A stretch of 64,000 nucleotides of DNA from Candidatus Zixiibacteriota bacterium (lineage in GTDB: Bacteria; Zixibacteria; MSB-5A5; GN15; FEB-12): positions 120,860-184,859 of the forward strand of contig JACZWU010000003.1 in assembly GCA_022571985.1 (NCBI GenBank), written 5' to 3'. The notes below the pieces were generated by a model. The model worked only from the letters and a program-made list of their open reading frames with translations. It was not told the DNA's origin and searched no databases. Shown in pieces: positions 1 through 9,538 of the stretch. How positions within the stretch are numbered: the stretch's first letter is position 1; every line of letters starts with the position of its first letter. A program made the position numbers and the translations under genes.

Positions 1-1
1 G

Positions 2-529
2 GAAGAATTCTCTCCCGGCAAAGAAAAGGGCATTATCTTAAATCAGTATCCGATTCCCGGCACAAAGGTAAAATCCCAGCGCGCCATCAAATTTATTATC
101 TCGCTTGGACAAAAACTTGTGCCAATTCCGGAATTGTCCGGCTTGTCGGTGCGGCAGGCGATGCTTGATCTGGAGACCGCCGGTTTGGAACTGGGTGAGA
201 TTGCCTGGGCGCATTCCGATACTTTGCCTGAAAAAGTTGTGGTCTTTTCTTACCCGGCCGGCTCAACCGAAATCCCGCTGGGCTCGCCGGTTAACATTAT
301 GGTCAACCGCGGGCGGGCCTCGAACTTTACTTATATGCCGCGAGTGGTTGGCATGCAGCTAAGCGAAGCGGAAATGCTTCTGGAAGAAAAGATTTTGAAA
401 CTGGGGCTGGTAACTTACCGCCGCGATGAAAACTATCTGCCCGAAACGGTACTGGAGCAATCCGAGAGAGAAGGCAGCGAACTTGACAACTGGACCGAAA
501 TAGATCTGGTGGTCAGCAGCACGGAGTGA
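2..529 (+). CDS. PASTA domain-containing protein (5' partial)
   Basis: Frame open from base 2 (EEFSPGKEKGIILNQYPIPG...); repeated PASTA signatures (VPIPELSGLSVRQA..LE..GL, MPRVVGMQLSEA..LLE..LKLG, VLEQS). Confidence 0.85.
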   Translation, partial: EEFSPGKEKGIILNQYPIPGTKVKSQRAIKFIISLGQKLVPIPELSGLSVRQAMLDLETAGLELGEIAWAHSDTLPEKVVVFSYPAGSTEIPLGSPVNIMVNRGRASNFTYMPRVVGMQLSEAEMLLEEKILKLGLVTYRRDENYLPETVLEQSEREGSELDNWTEIDLVVSSTE

Positions 530-548
530 TGTCTCTTATAATTCACGA

Positions 549-784
549 GTAGGTCGAAACCCGCCTCCTGGGTGTGGTTTCGACACCTTCTTACCGTTAC
601 TTTCGTGAGTGAGTAGGTCGAAACCCGCCTCCCAGGTGGTGTTTCGACATTTAAACTAATCTTTGGATTCACATTAAACAAAACGAGCAGGTCAAAACCT
701 CACGATAGCGGGATGGTTTCGATATCTTCATTGCCTTACTTTCATGAGTAGGTCAAAACCCGCCTCCTGGGTGTGGTTTCGACA
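549..784 (+). repeat. Four direct copies of a ~37 bp GTAG-type REP palindrome upstream of the RAYT gene
   Basis: GTAG-GTCGAAACC(CGCCTCCTGGGTGT)GGTTTCGAC at 549, 613, 687 (degenerate, GCAG) and 748; stem GTCGAAAC/GTTTCGAC. Confidence 0.9.
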
Positions 785-818
785 TTCTTTCTCTATTTCA
801 CATATCGATAGCAGACTA

Positions 819-846
819 TTGCTACCAGGATATTCTTCTATATACT
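819..846 (+). promoter_or_regulatory. Putative sigma70 promoter of the RAYT gene (probably leaderless mRNA)
   Basis: TTGCTA-16 bp-TATACT, then 6 nt and the ATG at 853; no Shine-Dalgarno visible. Confidence 0.5.
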
Positions 847-852
847 TGTTAC

Positions 853-1356
853 ATGACAAACATAAGACGATATTTTCGTGATGGCGACGTCGTTTTCGTA
901 ACCAATGTTACGCATAATCGCATGCCAATCCTTGTAGATAATTTTGACCTGCTTTGGAAAGCTGTCGAAACAACCAATCTGAAAACTCGATTCGAAATTA
1001 TTGCCTGGTCTATTTTACCTCACCACTTCCATATGATAGTTGACCCCAAAAACAACAATCTTTCGTCACTTATGAAGCGTATAAAACTATCGTTCTCTTG
1101 GCACTATCGAAAAAGAGCTGGTTTGGTAAAAGGACGAGTCTGGCAGAATAGATTTTGGGACCATATTATCAGAAGTGAAGAAGATTTGAATAAACATATC
1201 GACTATATACATTACAATGCGGTTAAGCATGGGTTGATTTCAAACACCATCGATTGGAAATATTCTTCATTTCAAAATTATTATGAGGATGGACTATATT
1301 CGAAGGATTGGGGCTCAACTGAAAAATTCTCATTTTCTGGAGAATTCGGTGAATGA
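853..1356 (+). mobile_element. rayT: REP-associated tyrosine transposase (RAYT/TnpA-REP, HUH Y1 family)
   Basis: FVTNVT..R N-terminal motif, HUH motif LPHHFH, WQNRFWDHIIR, YIHYNAVKHGL..DWKYSS; flanked by GTAG REPs in inverted orientation. Confidence 0.9.
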
Positions 1357-1368
1357 GGTGCATTAGGA

Positions 1369-1405
1369 TGTCGAAACCTCACCCAGGAGGCGGGTTTCGA
1401 CCTAC
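1369..1405 (-). repeat. REP copy downstream of RAYT, inverted relative to the upstream copies
   Basis: TGTCGAAACCTCACCCAGGAGGCGGGTTTCGACCTAC is the reverse complement of the 549 repeat with one mismatch. Confidence 0.9.
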
Positions 1406-1506
1406 TCCAACAAAGGCCTCATTTGGGCCTCGTGCCCAAGTTTTTTTATCAAGCTAACCCCTTTATACGGCTTGTTTTAGGCTATTCGGGGAATCTTTTA
1501 AACTCC

Positions 1507-1534
1507 TTGCAAATATTTCGGTATTTACTATATT
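1507..1534 (+). promoter_or_regulatory. Putative sigma70 promoter upstream of the ffh operon
   Basis: TTGCAA-16 bp-TATATT in AT-rich context. Confidence 0.45.
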
Positions 1535-1629
1535 AATGGGCTGTGGTAGGCGGCTAAGGTTGAAGTATGCGCTGGTGAGAGGTTATTTTGCTCTCCACTT
1601 GAGATACAAAGCTGCCGAGCCTTGTTAAT

Positions 1630-1811
1630 GGGGCAGATGGGGACATCTGCCGCCCACGAAATTATGAAAACAGTTTGTAGGTCAGGAGCCTTGTGCTCCT
1701 GACGGTAACATCAAGAGTCAGGACTGCAAGAGTCCTGACCTACAAAAATTTTGAAACAAGTACACTTTGACCCTTCGACCCCGGTCGGGACTGTCGCAGG
1801 CTCAGGGTGAC
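1630..1811. repeat. Cluster of REP-like palindromes in the ffh leader
   Basis: GTGG-type hairpin 1630-1657 (minus strand); inverted GTAG pair (REPIN) 1677-1743; CCCTTCGAC...GCTCAGGGTGAC element 1771-1811. Each recurs in 9.9-10.6 kb. Confidence 0.8.
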
Positions 1812-1842
1812 TAAGAATAAATGGTGTGTATAGATAAAAGTT

Positions 1843-3171
1843 ATGTTTAACAACCTGTCGGAAAAATTAGAAAGCGTCTTTAAGAAGCTTCGCTCTGTCG
1901 GCAAGCTCTCGGAGAAAAATATCCAGGAGTCAATGCGCGAGGTCCGTCAGGCCTTGTTAGAAGCGGATGTTAATTATAAAGTCGCCCGTGATTTTGCCAA
2001 AGCTGTGCAGGAAAAAGCTGTCGGACGAGAAGTCCTGGATTCTATTGATCCCGGGCAGCAGGTCATAAAAATAGTTCATGACGAACTGGTTGCACTTTTG
2101 GGGGGCAGTGCCGAGCCTCTGGCTCCGGTTGATAATCCACCGACTGTTTTTTTGATCTGTGGTTTACAGGGTTCAGGGAAAACAACTCTGGTCGGCAAGC
2201 TGGCTTTGATGTACAAGCGCAAAGGTAAAAAGACGCTGGTTGTAGCGGCCGACATATATCGTCCGGCGGCGGTCAAGCAGTTAAAAGTTCTGGCAGACTC
2301 AATTGACGTTGAACATTTCTATCTTGAAAACAAAACCCCGCAAGAGATATGCAGCGCCGCTCTCAAGTATGCTGAGAAAAACTTTATCGATCTTGTAATC
2401 TTAGATACTGCCGGCCGAATGCATGTTGACGCCGAAATGATGACCGAGATAACCGAAATAAAAGAGCAGACCAGCCCTCATGAAATTTTACTGGTGGCGG
2501 ACGCCATGACCGGTCAGGATGCTGTCAATGTCGCCAGAGAGTTTAACGAACGTCTGAGTATTACCGGCGTTGTACTTTCCAAGCTTGATGGTGACGCCCG
2601 TGGCGGCGCGGCGCTATCTATCCGTCAGGTAACAGGCTGCCCGATTAAGTTAGCTTCGGTGGGCGAAAAGCCGGGAGATCTGGAAGTTTTCCACCCCGAC
2701 CGTCTGGCCTCCCGCATTCTGGGCATGGGCGATATTGTCGGCCTTGTGGAAAAAGCACAGGAGCATATTGATCTAAAAAAAGCCGCCGAGATGCAGGAGA
2801 AACTTCTTAAGGCACATTTTGACTTTGAGGATTTCTTAGAGCAGATGGCTCAGTTAAAAAAGATGGGGCCGCTTGAATCAATTATGGGCATGATTCCGGG
2901 AATCGGCAAAGCCATGAAGAATATTCAGGTTGATGAAAGAGCCATGGACCGCATGGTTGCTATCGTACAGTCGATGACAATCCAGGAAAGACAAAACCCG
3001 CACCTTCTTGATGGTTCACGCAAAAAAAGAATAGCGATTGGCTCGGGCAACTCGGTGCAGGCGGTCAATCAATTGATTAAACAGTTTAATGCAATGCAAA
3101 AAATGTTCAGCAGTATGAATAAAGGTAAACGAAAAGGCATGTCAAAAAGTATGATGCCGTTTTTTAATTAA
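1843..3171 (+). CDS. ffh: Signal recognition particle protein
   Basis: GLQGSGKTT, DTAGR, SKLDGDARGGAALS, Met-rich C-terminal M domain. Confidence 0.98.
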   Translation: MFNNLSEKLESVFKKLRSVGKLSEKNIQESMREVRQALLEADVNYKVARDFAKAVQEKAVGREVLDSIDPGQQVIKIVHDELVALLGGSAEPLAPVDNPPTVFLICGLQGSGKTTLVGKLALMYKRKGKKTLVVAADIYRPAAVKQLKVLADSIDVEHFYLENKTPQEICSAALKYAEKNFIDLVILDTAGRMHVDAEMMTEITEIKEQTSPHEILLVADAMTGQDAVNVAREFNERLSITGVVLSKLDGDARGGAALSIRQVTGCPIKLASVGEKPGDLEVFHPDRLASRILGMGDIVGLVEKAQEHIDLKKAAEMQEKLLKAHFDFEDFLEQMAQLKKMGPLESIMGMIPGIGKAMKNIQVDERAMDRMVAIVQSMTIQERQNPHLLDGSRKKRIAIGSGNSVQAVNQLIKQFNAMQKMFSSMNKGKRKGMSKSMMPFFN

Positions 3172-3190
3172 TGTTATGGAGGTTATTTAG

Positions 3191-3703
3191 TTGGCAGTAC
3201 ACATAAGACTTCGTCGGATGGGTAAAAAGAAACAACCTTTTTACCGGATTGTGGCCGCAGACCACCGCCGTGCCCGCGACGGCCGCTTTATTGAAATTTT
3301 GGGAACTTACAATCCGATGACCGTACCGGCCAAGGTGACGTTGTTGGAAGATAAAGTCACCAAATGGCTTAACGAAGGTGCCGAGCCATCGGATACGGTC
3401 AGCACTCTGTTCACCCAGATTGGCTTTACAGAAAAGTATCTGAAACTCAAAAAGGGTGAAGATGTTTCTGCAATTGAAATCAGGACAGAGATAACAGAGC
3501 GTCGCAAAAAAACTAAAGGGATGAAAAAGGCTGTCGCCGCCGAAGCAGAGGCCAAAAAAGCCAAAGCAGAAGAAGCGCCTGCTAAAGTTGCTACGACAGA
3601 ATCAGCTCCCGCAGAAGAAGCTGCCCACGAAGAAAAGGCTGCGCCCGCCGAAGAAACAGCTCCCGCAGTAGAAGCTGATAGCAAAAAGGAAGACAAAGAA
3701 TAG
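3191..3703 (+). CDS. rpsP: 30S ribosomal protein S16 with long Ala/Glu-rich C-terminal tail
   Basis: [41 protein letters not shown] start with GGAGG RBS; canonical operon position. Confidence 0.97.
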   Translation: MAVHIRLRRMGKKKQPFYRIVAADHRRARDGRFIEILGTYNPMTVPAKVTLLEDKVTKWLNEGAEPSDTVSTLFTQIGFTEKYLKLKKGEDVSAIEIRTEITERRKKTKGMKKAVAAEAEAKKAKAEEAPAKVATTESAPAEEAAHEEKAAPAEETAPAVEADSKKEDKE

Positions 3704-3796
3704 ACAGAAATTCGTGATAGTTGAAATTCATATTGATATGAACCGACCTGAATCTAATTTTGGAACTCAAACGAGTATGTAAAGGGGTACCCAAAA

Positions 3797-4027
3797 ATGA
3801 AAGAATTTATTGAGTACATCGTCAAGAATCTGGTAGACAATCCGGATGCAGTAAATGTTGTCGAAATTGAAGGAACCCGTACCACGGTTTATGAACTGCG
3901 GGTAGGCGAGGGTGACCTGGGCAAAGTTATTGGCAAGGAAGGCAAAACAGCCAGATCAATCAGGACTATACTCTCAGCGGCCGCAGCCAGACAAGGCAAA
4001 CGGGCTGTACTGGAAATTCTCGAATAA
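3797..4027 (+). CDS. khpA: KH domain RNA-binding protein KhpA
   Basis: [17 protein letters not shown]; lies between rpsP and rimM. Confidence 0.93.
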   Translation: MKEFIEYIVKNLVDNPDAVNVVEIEGTRTTVYELRVGEGDLGKVIGKEGKTARSIRTILSAAAARQGKRAVLEILE

Positions 4028-4029
4028 CA

Positions 4030-4551
4030 TTGGCGGCCGATCAAGAGTTTGTGACGGTTGGACGTCTGGGACGGCCACGGGGGTTGAGTGGAGAAATTTT
4101 TGTGACTCCCCTTACAGATTTCCCCGAGCGTTTTGAAAACATTAAGGAGATTTTTGTAAGCAGCAAGAAAGACTGGGAAAAGAAGAAAGTTGTTTCGAGC
4201 AAACTTGTATCGGGACGCCCGGTATTGTTGTTTGAAAACATAAACAGTCCCGAACAAGCATCGCGTCTGACCAACCGTTTCCTGGCAATACCGAAAAATA
4301 TGGTAATGGAGCTGCCTGAAGGCAGCAACTATATATTTGACTTAATTGGCTGCCAGGTAATTGATGAAAACACAGGCGAAACGATTGGCATGATTACAGA
4401 TGTGGAACTGTTCCCGGCCAACGACGTCTATATGATTGAAACTAATGACGGCAGAATTAAAAGCCTGCCGGTAATTGAAAGATATGTTAAAAAAGTTGAC
4501 GCTGATTCAAAGAAAGTGTTTGTCGATCCCTCGGGGATGATTGAACAGTAA
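4030..4551 (+). CDS. rimM: Ribosome maturation factor RimM
   Basis: VGRLGRPRGLSGE, LPEGSNYIFDLIG, ANDVY; synteny. Confidence 0.95.
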   Translation: MAADQEFVTVGRLGRPRGLSGEIFVTPLTDFPERFENIKEIFVSSKKDWEKKKVVSSKLVSGRPVLLFENINSPEQASRLTNRFLAIPKNMVMELPEGSNYIFDLIGCQVIDENTGETIGMITDVELFPANDVYMIETNDGRIKSLPVIERYVKKVDADSKKVFVDPSGMIEQ

Positions 4552-4553
4552 AG

Positions 4554-5306
4554 ATGAAATTTGAAATTATTACATTATTCCCTGATTATTTTGTGCAGTC
4601 GCTTAAACAGTCCCTGCTGGGTAAAGCAGTAGCTGACGGACTGGTAGAATTTGAGATAGTCGACCTGCGCAAATTCACGACTGACAAACACCGCACGGTT
4701 GACGACACTCCCTTTGGCGGCGGTGGCGGTATGGTTTTAAAAATCGAACCGCTTGATCAATGTTTAGCTTCCTTAGGCTATGAGCACAAAGTAAACGCAG
4801 AAAAAAGTGACGGTTCAAGGATTATGCTGACTTCAGCCGCTGGCGAAACATTTAATCAACGAAAAGCCATAGAATACTCCGGCTGCCAGAGGCTGACTAT
4901 TATCTGCGGGCATTATCTGGGAATAGATGAACGATTATCAGAGCTATACAATGTTGACGAAATTTCTATTGGCGATTATGTCTTAACCGGCGGCGAACCG
5001 GCTGCAGCTGTGATAGTTGATGCCGTAGCCCGGCTGTTACCCAAAGTTCTGGGAAATTTCCAGTCGGCCTTAGGTGATTCCTTTATGGATCAAATTACCG
5101 GCACACCGGTCTATACCAGGCCGGCTGAGTACGAAGGCTTGAGTGTTCCCTCGGAATTGCTTTCGGGCAACCATGAAGAACTGAAGAAATTTCGCAAAAG
5201 AGCAGCCATTTTAAAATGCTCCAAAAACAGACCTGACCTGTTACGAAATATGGAAATAACTGATGAAGATTTAGAACTATTAAAAAACGTAAAAAGCGAA
5301 AAATAA
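4554..5306 (+). CDS. trmD: tRNA (guanine37-N1)-methyltransferase
   Basis: VDDTPFGGGGGMV, CGHYLGIDER, SIGDYVLTGGE, YTRP. Confidence 0.97.
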   Translation: MKFEIITLFPDYFVQSLKQSLLGKAVADGLVEFEIVDLRKFTTDKHRTVDDTPFGGGGGMVLKIEPLDQCLASLGYEHKVNAEKSDGSRIMLTSAAGETFNQRKAIEYSGCQRLTIICGHYLGIDERLSELYNVDEISIGDYVLTGGEPAAAVIVDAVARLLPKVLGNFQSALGDSFMDQITGTPVYTRPAEYEGLSVPSELLSGNHEELKKFRKRAAILKCSKNRPDLLRNMEITDEDLELLKNVKSEK

Positions 5307-5345
5307 TATTTTATATAAACTTTTTCTAAAAAGAGGTAAATTAAT

Positions 5346-5858
5346 ATGAAAAGAGTACAACAGATAGAAAAGAGCTATTTGACCCAGAACTTGCCAGAAT
5401 TCTCTTCTGGTGACACTCTCCGCGTTCACGTAAAAATTAAAGAAGGTGACAAGGAAAGGATTCAGGTTTTTCAGGGAATAGTTATCAGCCGCCGGGGCAG
5501 CGGCACCGGCGCTACATTTACAGTCCGTAAAATGTCGGCCGGGATTGGCGTCGAAAGAATTTTCCCGCTACACTCACCCAACATCGACAAAATTGAAAGA
5601 ATCAAAATCGGTTCTGTGAGGCGCGCCAAACTTAATTATCTGCGTGAACTAACCGGCAAGTCCGCCAGAATCAAAGAGCGGATAGTAGACTCCACTAAAA
5701 AAACCACTAAAACAGTTGCCGAAGCTGTCAAAGAAGAAAACGCTGAACCTAAACTTAATGAAGTCCCTGAAGTTTCAGCAACTGCTGCTGACAGCGCTAG
5801 CGAAGACACTACTGTGCAGCTTGATTCGGCAGAAGAGACTGAAGCAGCTAAGAAATAG
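5346..5858 (+). CDS. rplS: 50S ribosomal protein L19 with acidic C-terminal extension
   Basis: [44 protein letters not shown]. Confidence 0.97.
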   Translation: MKRVQQIEKSYLTQNLPEFSSGDTLRVHVKIKEGDKERIQVFQGIVISRRGSGTGATFTVRKMSAGIGVERIFPLHSPNIDKIERIKIGSVRRAKLNYLRELTGKSARIKERIVDSTKKTTKTVAEAVKEENAEPKLNEVPEVSATAADSASEDTTVQLDSAEETEAAKK

Positions 5859-5887
5859 TTTATAGTATTTGATTTGCTAAATGATTG

Positions 5888-5921
5888 AAGCGTTCTCTCA
5901 AATTGATTGAGCGCTTTTTTT
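5888..5921 (+). terminator. Rho-independent terminator after rplS
   Basis: AAGCGTTC...GAGCGCTT stem followed by a T run. Confidence 0.65.
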
Positions 5922-6510
5922 ATTCTGCTATTAGAATCGTAAAAGTAGTATTGCCGTATTTTCGCTGGTCTTTTATTCTGAAATCCAATGACTCTATACT
6001 GTCGGTCTCAGAGCTGTCGTGCTGACAAAGCAAAAACCCGCTATCCGCAAGAACCGGATTTTCCCGCAGGCATTTCAGGGTCTCGTCTATGATGCCTTTA
6101 TACTGAGGCGGGGCTATCATTATAATGTCAAACTTTTCGTCTGATGATTTTAATTTCGGCAGAGCCTTAAAAACATCATCGCAGCGGCAGAAAAGCTTAT
6201 CACCAATATCAAATACGTCAGCCTGAGCGTTAATCGATTCAGCCAGTCTGGGCTCCTTTTCGACCCCCACAGCTTTGACCACGCCCCTTGATACGGCCTC
6301 AAATAGGTAACTTCCGGTGCCGCTGAACAGGTCCAGATAGCTGGCATCTGCCAGATAAGGCACCAGAAAATCAAAAATAGAACGCCGTATTCGTGATAGC
6401 GGCGGGCGGGTAATGCCCAGATCCGGCGCTGTTATTATCCTGCCTTTTAATTGTCCGGCAATGACTTGAAAGCTGAAGTCAGCTGCTGTGTCTGTTTTCT
6501 TTTTGGGCAT
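5920..6510 (-). CDS. rsmD: 16S rRNA m2G966 methyltransferase RsmD family
   Basis: VIAGQLKGR, TRP, LDLFSGTGS...EAVSRG, APPQY (DPPY-like), RKYGNT; ATG at 6510 preferred over GTG at 6528. Confidence 0.85.
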   Translation of the reverse strand: MPKKKTDTAADFSFQVIAGQLKGRIITAPDLGITRPPLSRIRRSIFDFLVPYLADASYLDLFSGTGSYLFEAVSRGVVKAVGVEKEPRLAESINAQADVFDIGDKLFCRCDDVFKALPKLKSSDEKFDIIMIAPPQYKGIIDETLKCLRENPVLADSGFLLCQHDSSETDSIESLDFRIKDQRKYGNTTFTILIAE

Positions 6511-6635
6511 ACTATTCGTAAATGTCACTTTCCTGACTTTAATATCGATTGCAAAAAGCTAACGAGATTGGCTGTCATAGTCGATAATTAAATTAAGAGT
6601 TTTTATTGATTTAAGGTGGCAAAATCGGCTATCAA

Positions 6636-7304
6636 ATGACGATGCCAACACGAATGAAACAAAATAATCAGCAAACCATTATTGATTTATCCCACATGGA
6701 AGAGATGCTCCGCGACAAGGGCTACCAGACTATCTGCGGCGTCGACGAAGTCGGCCGCGGTCCTCTGGCCGGTCCGGTGGTAGCAGCAGCAGTCATATTG
6801 CCGGCTGGTGTCGTAATCGAAGGCTTAGCTGATTCAAAGAAGCTGACCAGCAGCAGACGTGATGAACTGTTCGATGAAATTGTCAGCCTGGAAATCCCCT
6901 GTGCGGTCGGTATTATTGATAACGAAGAAATCGACCGGCTGAATATTTTGAAAGCATCACTGCTGGCCATGAGAAAAGCGGTGACCGACTTAAAAGAAAC
7001 TCCGGAAATTGTTCTGGTTGATGGCGATTATCCTATTCCCAAAATTCCTCATCCGCAGCTTTCTATAATTAACGGCGACAATCTTTGTGATTCGATAAAG
7101 GCGGCCTCGATAGTAGCTAAAGTTACCCGCGACCGCATTATGGACCGCTATGAAAAAATGTATCCCGCCTTTTCTTTTTCTCAGCACAAAGGATATTATA
7201 CTGCGGCTCATATGAGCGAGCTGAAAATGCACGGTCCCTGCGACATTCACCGCAAATCGTTCAGGCCGGTGGCAGAATTAGTGGAGCAGTATGCCCTCAC
7301 CTAA
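6636..7304 (+). CDS. rnhB: Ribonuclease HII
   Basis: GVDEVGRGPLAGPV, DSKKL, VDG, AASIVAKVTRD, HRKSF; exact start uncertain. Confidence 0.96.
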   Translation: MTMPTRMKQNNQQTIIDLSHMEEMLRDKGYQTICGVDEVGRGPLAGPVVAAAVILPAGVVIEGLADSKKLTSSRRDELFDEIVSLEIPCAVGIIDNEEIDRLNILKASLLAMRKAVTDLKETPEIVLVDGDYPIPKIPHPQLSIINGDNLCDSIKAASIVAKVTRDRIMDRYEKMYPAFSFSQHKGYYTAAHMSELKMHGPCDIHRKSFRPVAELVEQYALT

Positions 7305-7674
7305 GAATAGAAAACCAGAAAAAGACAGAGTCAAAATTGGGCGCAGCTATGAAGAACTGGCAGCCCATTTTTTTTTGGATAGCGGCTATCTGATTCTTAA
7401 CAGGAACTATCGCGCCGGTCAAAAAGAGATAGATTTAATTGTTCAAAAAGGAAACATGCTGGTCTTTGTGGAAGTTAAGTCAGCCTCATCGACTAAATTT
7501 GGCCATCCGGCAGAGCGGGTCGACAAAAGGAAGATTTCTAATCTGGTTCATGCTGCGCAGCAATATCTGATCGAAAACAAGGTCGAGGGCTGCGACCTTC
7601 GCTTTGACGTGGTGACATTTGTAGGGGGAAAGCTGGAGCACTATCCGGCCGCCTTTGAAATTGAAGAAAATTAA
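7291..7674 (+). CDS. yraN: YraN family (UPF0102) endonuclease-like protein
   Basis: EIDLI...LVFVEVK, RFDVV; typical position after rnhB. Confidence 0.9.
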   Translation: MPSPKNRKPEKDRVKIGRSYEELAAHFFLDSGYLILNRNYRAGQKEIDLIVQKGNMLVFVEVKSASSTKFGHPAERVDKRKISNLVHAAQQYLIENKVEGCDLRFDVVTFVGGKLEHYPAAFEIEEN

Positions 7675-8057
7675 CTGTCCGGAGTGAATACGCTTTTTAT
7701 AGTATCAGGCGTTGCTTTTATAATCGAATCTTCAATAGCCACCAGCGAATCAACATAGAATTTCACAAAACCGGCATAGCCGACATACTTTTCGGCCTCA
7801 TTCTTGTATTCAGACAAGAAAGACTCTATTTCGTCGATTGTTGTATTCTGAGCTGTCAGGAGTGATTCCCGGAAAGCTATATATTTTTCAGGCTCATCCT
7901 TGAATTTGGCCGTGGCCAGCCAGGATTGGGCTGTTATCAGGGCATATTTTTGGGATAATTCCCTATTTTGAGCTGTTTTGTAGTTGCCGTAGATAAAATA
8001 TGCGGACGGAAGCCCGATAATAGCGGCCAACAGCAGCAACCTTTTAAACCAGAACAA
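7671..8057 (-). CDS. Hypothetical membrane-anchored protein
   Basis: 128 aa ORF with N-terminal hydrophobic helix; fills the gap between yraN and ispG. Confidence 0.7.
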   Translation of the reverse strand: MFWFKRLLLLAAIIGLPSAYFIYGNYKTAQNRELSQKYALITAQSWLATAKFKDEPEKYIAFRESLLTAQNTTIDEIESFLSEYKNEAEKYVGYAGFVKFYVDSLVAIEDSIIKATPDTIKSVFTPDS

Positions 8058-8136
8058 ATTAGCGCCAACTTTCTGTTGCAGTTATTTGTTTAAGATGATA
8101 AACTACATGGTGCGAAAAATGGGGTCAACAAGATAG

Positions 8137-9234
8137 ATGCTGAAGCTTGAATTTCCGATAAAAAGGCGAAAATGCCGGGTTATAAAAATCGGCGAAGTTT
8201 TAATCGGCGGCGGTTTTCCTATCGCCATACAGTCGATGACAACCACCGACACCCGCGATGTCGAGGCTACGGTCGCCCAGATAAATCAGCTTTATGATGC
8301 CGGCTGTGATATCGTGCGCATTTCTGTCTTAAATCACGATGCCAGCCATCACTTAAAGAAAATACGCCAGACGGTAGACAAGCACAGACCACTGGTGGCA
8401 GATATTCATTTTCAATATAAACTGGCTCTAAATGCTATCGAAGCTGGTTTTGAAAAAATTCGCATTAATCCAGGTAATATCGGCGCTGAGTGGAAAGTGC
8501 GCGAAGTTACCAAAGCAGCCCAGGAAGCTTATGTGCCGATTCGCATCGGTGTAAATTCCGGCTCACTCCCCAAAGACCTGCTTAATAAATATGGCCCTGA
8601 AGATCCCATAGCATTTGCCGAAGCCGCCATGCGCGAAGTGCATGTTTTAGAAGATATGAATTTTGAAAATATCGTTATCTCGGTTAAATCGACCAACACC
8701 CAGACAGCTTTCTGGGCCTATCATATGATTGCTGAAAAATGTGACTACCCGCTGCATGTCGGCATTACCGAGGCCGGCACCCTCAATACCGGCTCAATCA
8801 AATCTTCAGTCGGCATTGGCGCTATTTTAATGACCGGTGTCGGTGATACTATCAGGGTATCGCTTAGCGCCGACCCGATTCACGAAGTCAAAGTCGCCAA
8901 ACAGATTCTTACCTCCTGCGCTCTCAGTCAGGAGGGCCTCGAAGTTATCGCCTGTCCTACCTGCGGACGCTGTCAGATTGATATGATTCCGCTGGCTGAA
9001 GCTATTGAAGCCAAGACGCGTAATATTAAAACCAAGCTCAAAGTTGCCGTTATGGGTTGTGCAGTCAACGGCCCGGGCGAGGCCGCCGCAGCCGATGTCG
9101 GCATTGCCGGCGGTGATGGTCAGGCTTTGCTTATCAAAAAAGGCAAGATAGTCAAACGTTTTGACGAATCGATGCTTGAGACGGCGCTCTTAGACGAAAT
9201 CGAAGCCATGACCGGCGAAAAAGTCGATAGGTGA
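8137..9234 (+). CDS. ispG: 4-hydroxy-3-methylbut-2-en-1-yl diphosphate synthase
   Basis: IQSMT, PLVADIHF, RINPGN, RIGVNSGSL, GDTIRVSL, CPTCGR, MGCAVNGPGEA. Confidence 0.97.
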   Translation: MLKLEFPIKRRKCRVIKIGEVLIGGGFPIAIQSMTTTDTRDVEATVAQINQLYDAGCDIVRISVLNHDASHHLKKIRQTVDKHRPLVADIHFQYKLALNAIEAGFEKIRINPGNIGAEWKVREVTKAAQEAYVPIRIGVNSGSLPKDLLNKYGPEDPIAFAEAAMREVHVLEDMNFENIVISVKSTNTQTAFWAYHMIAEKCDYPLHVGITEAGTLNTGSIKSSVGIGAILMTGVGDTIRVSLSADPIHEVKVAKQILTSCALSQEGLEVIACPTCGRCQIDMIPLAEAIEAKTRNIKTKLKVAVMGCAVNGPGEAAAADVGIAGGDGQALLIKKGKIVKRFDESMLETALLDEIEAMTGEKVDR

Positions 9235-9278
9235 CGTAGTCACTTTTTCTCTGACGATAATTTAGCGAGGATTACAAT

Positions 9279-9524
9279 ATGAGAATGCTTGATGCAGATA
9301 AGCAGGCTGAGGTGTATACTTTTCAGTTATATTTGGCTCCGAACGAAGCTAAAGAATTGATTACCGAACTTGAAAAACTCTTAAAAGACCCGGAAGCCAA
9401 CGAACATTTTCATGTTGGATTAGATACTGGCAGAGATTTTTCCTGTTCCTTGATTACAGATAACAAGATGAAAGATGTTTCTGGCTACACAAAGTTGGAG
9501 CAGGAGATTCTAAAGAAAAGATAA
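9279..9524 (+). CDS. Small hypothetical protein
   Basis: 81 aa ORF with GAGGA RBS, protein-like composition, EHFH motif. Confidence 0.65.
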   Translation: MRMLDADKQAEVYTFQLYLAPNEAKELITELEKLLKDPEANEHFHVGLDTGRDFSCSLITDNKMKDVSGYTKLEQEILKKR

Positions 9525-9538
9525 TTCCACTTTGATCG

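Noticed and set aside
549-784. CRISPR array (37 bp repeats with 24-37 bp spacers)
   Set aside because: Repeats carry the GTAG REP tag, flank a RAYT in inverted orientation, spacers 1 and 3 resemble each other, and no cas genes are present.
1538-1622. SRP (4.5S) RNA or 6S RNA upstream of ffh
   Set aside because: No SRP domain IV GGAA tetraloop consensus and too short for 6S; kept only as an unassigned structured RNA candidate.
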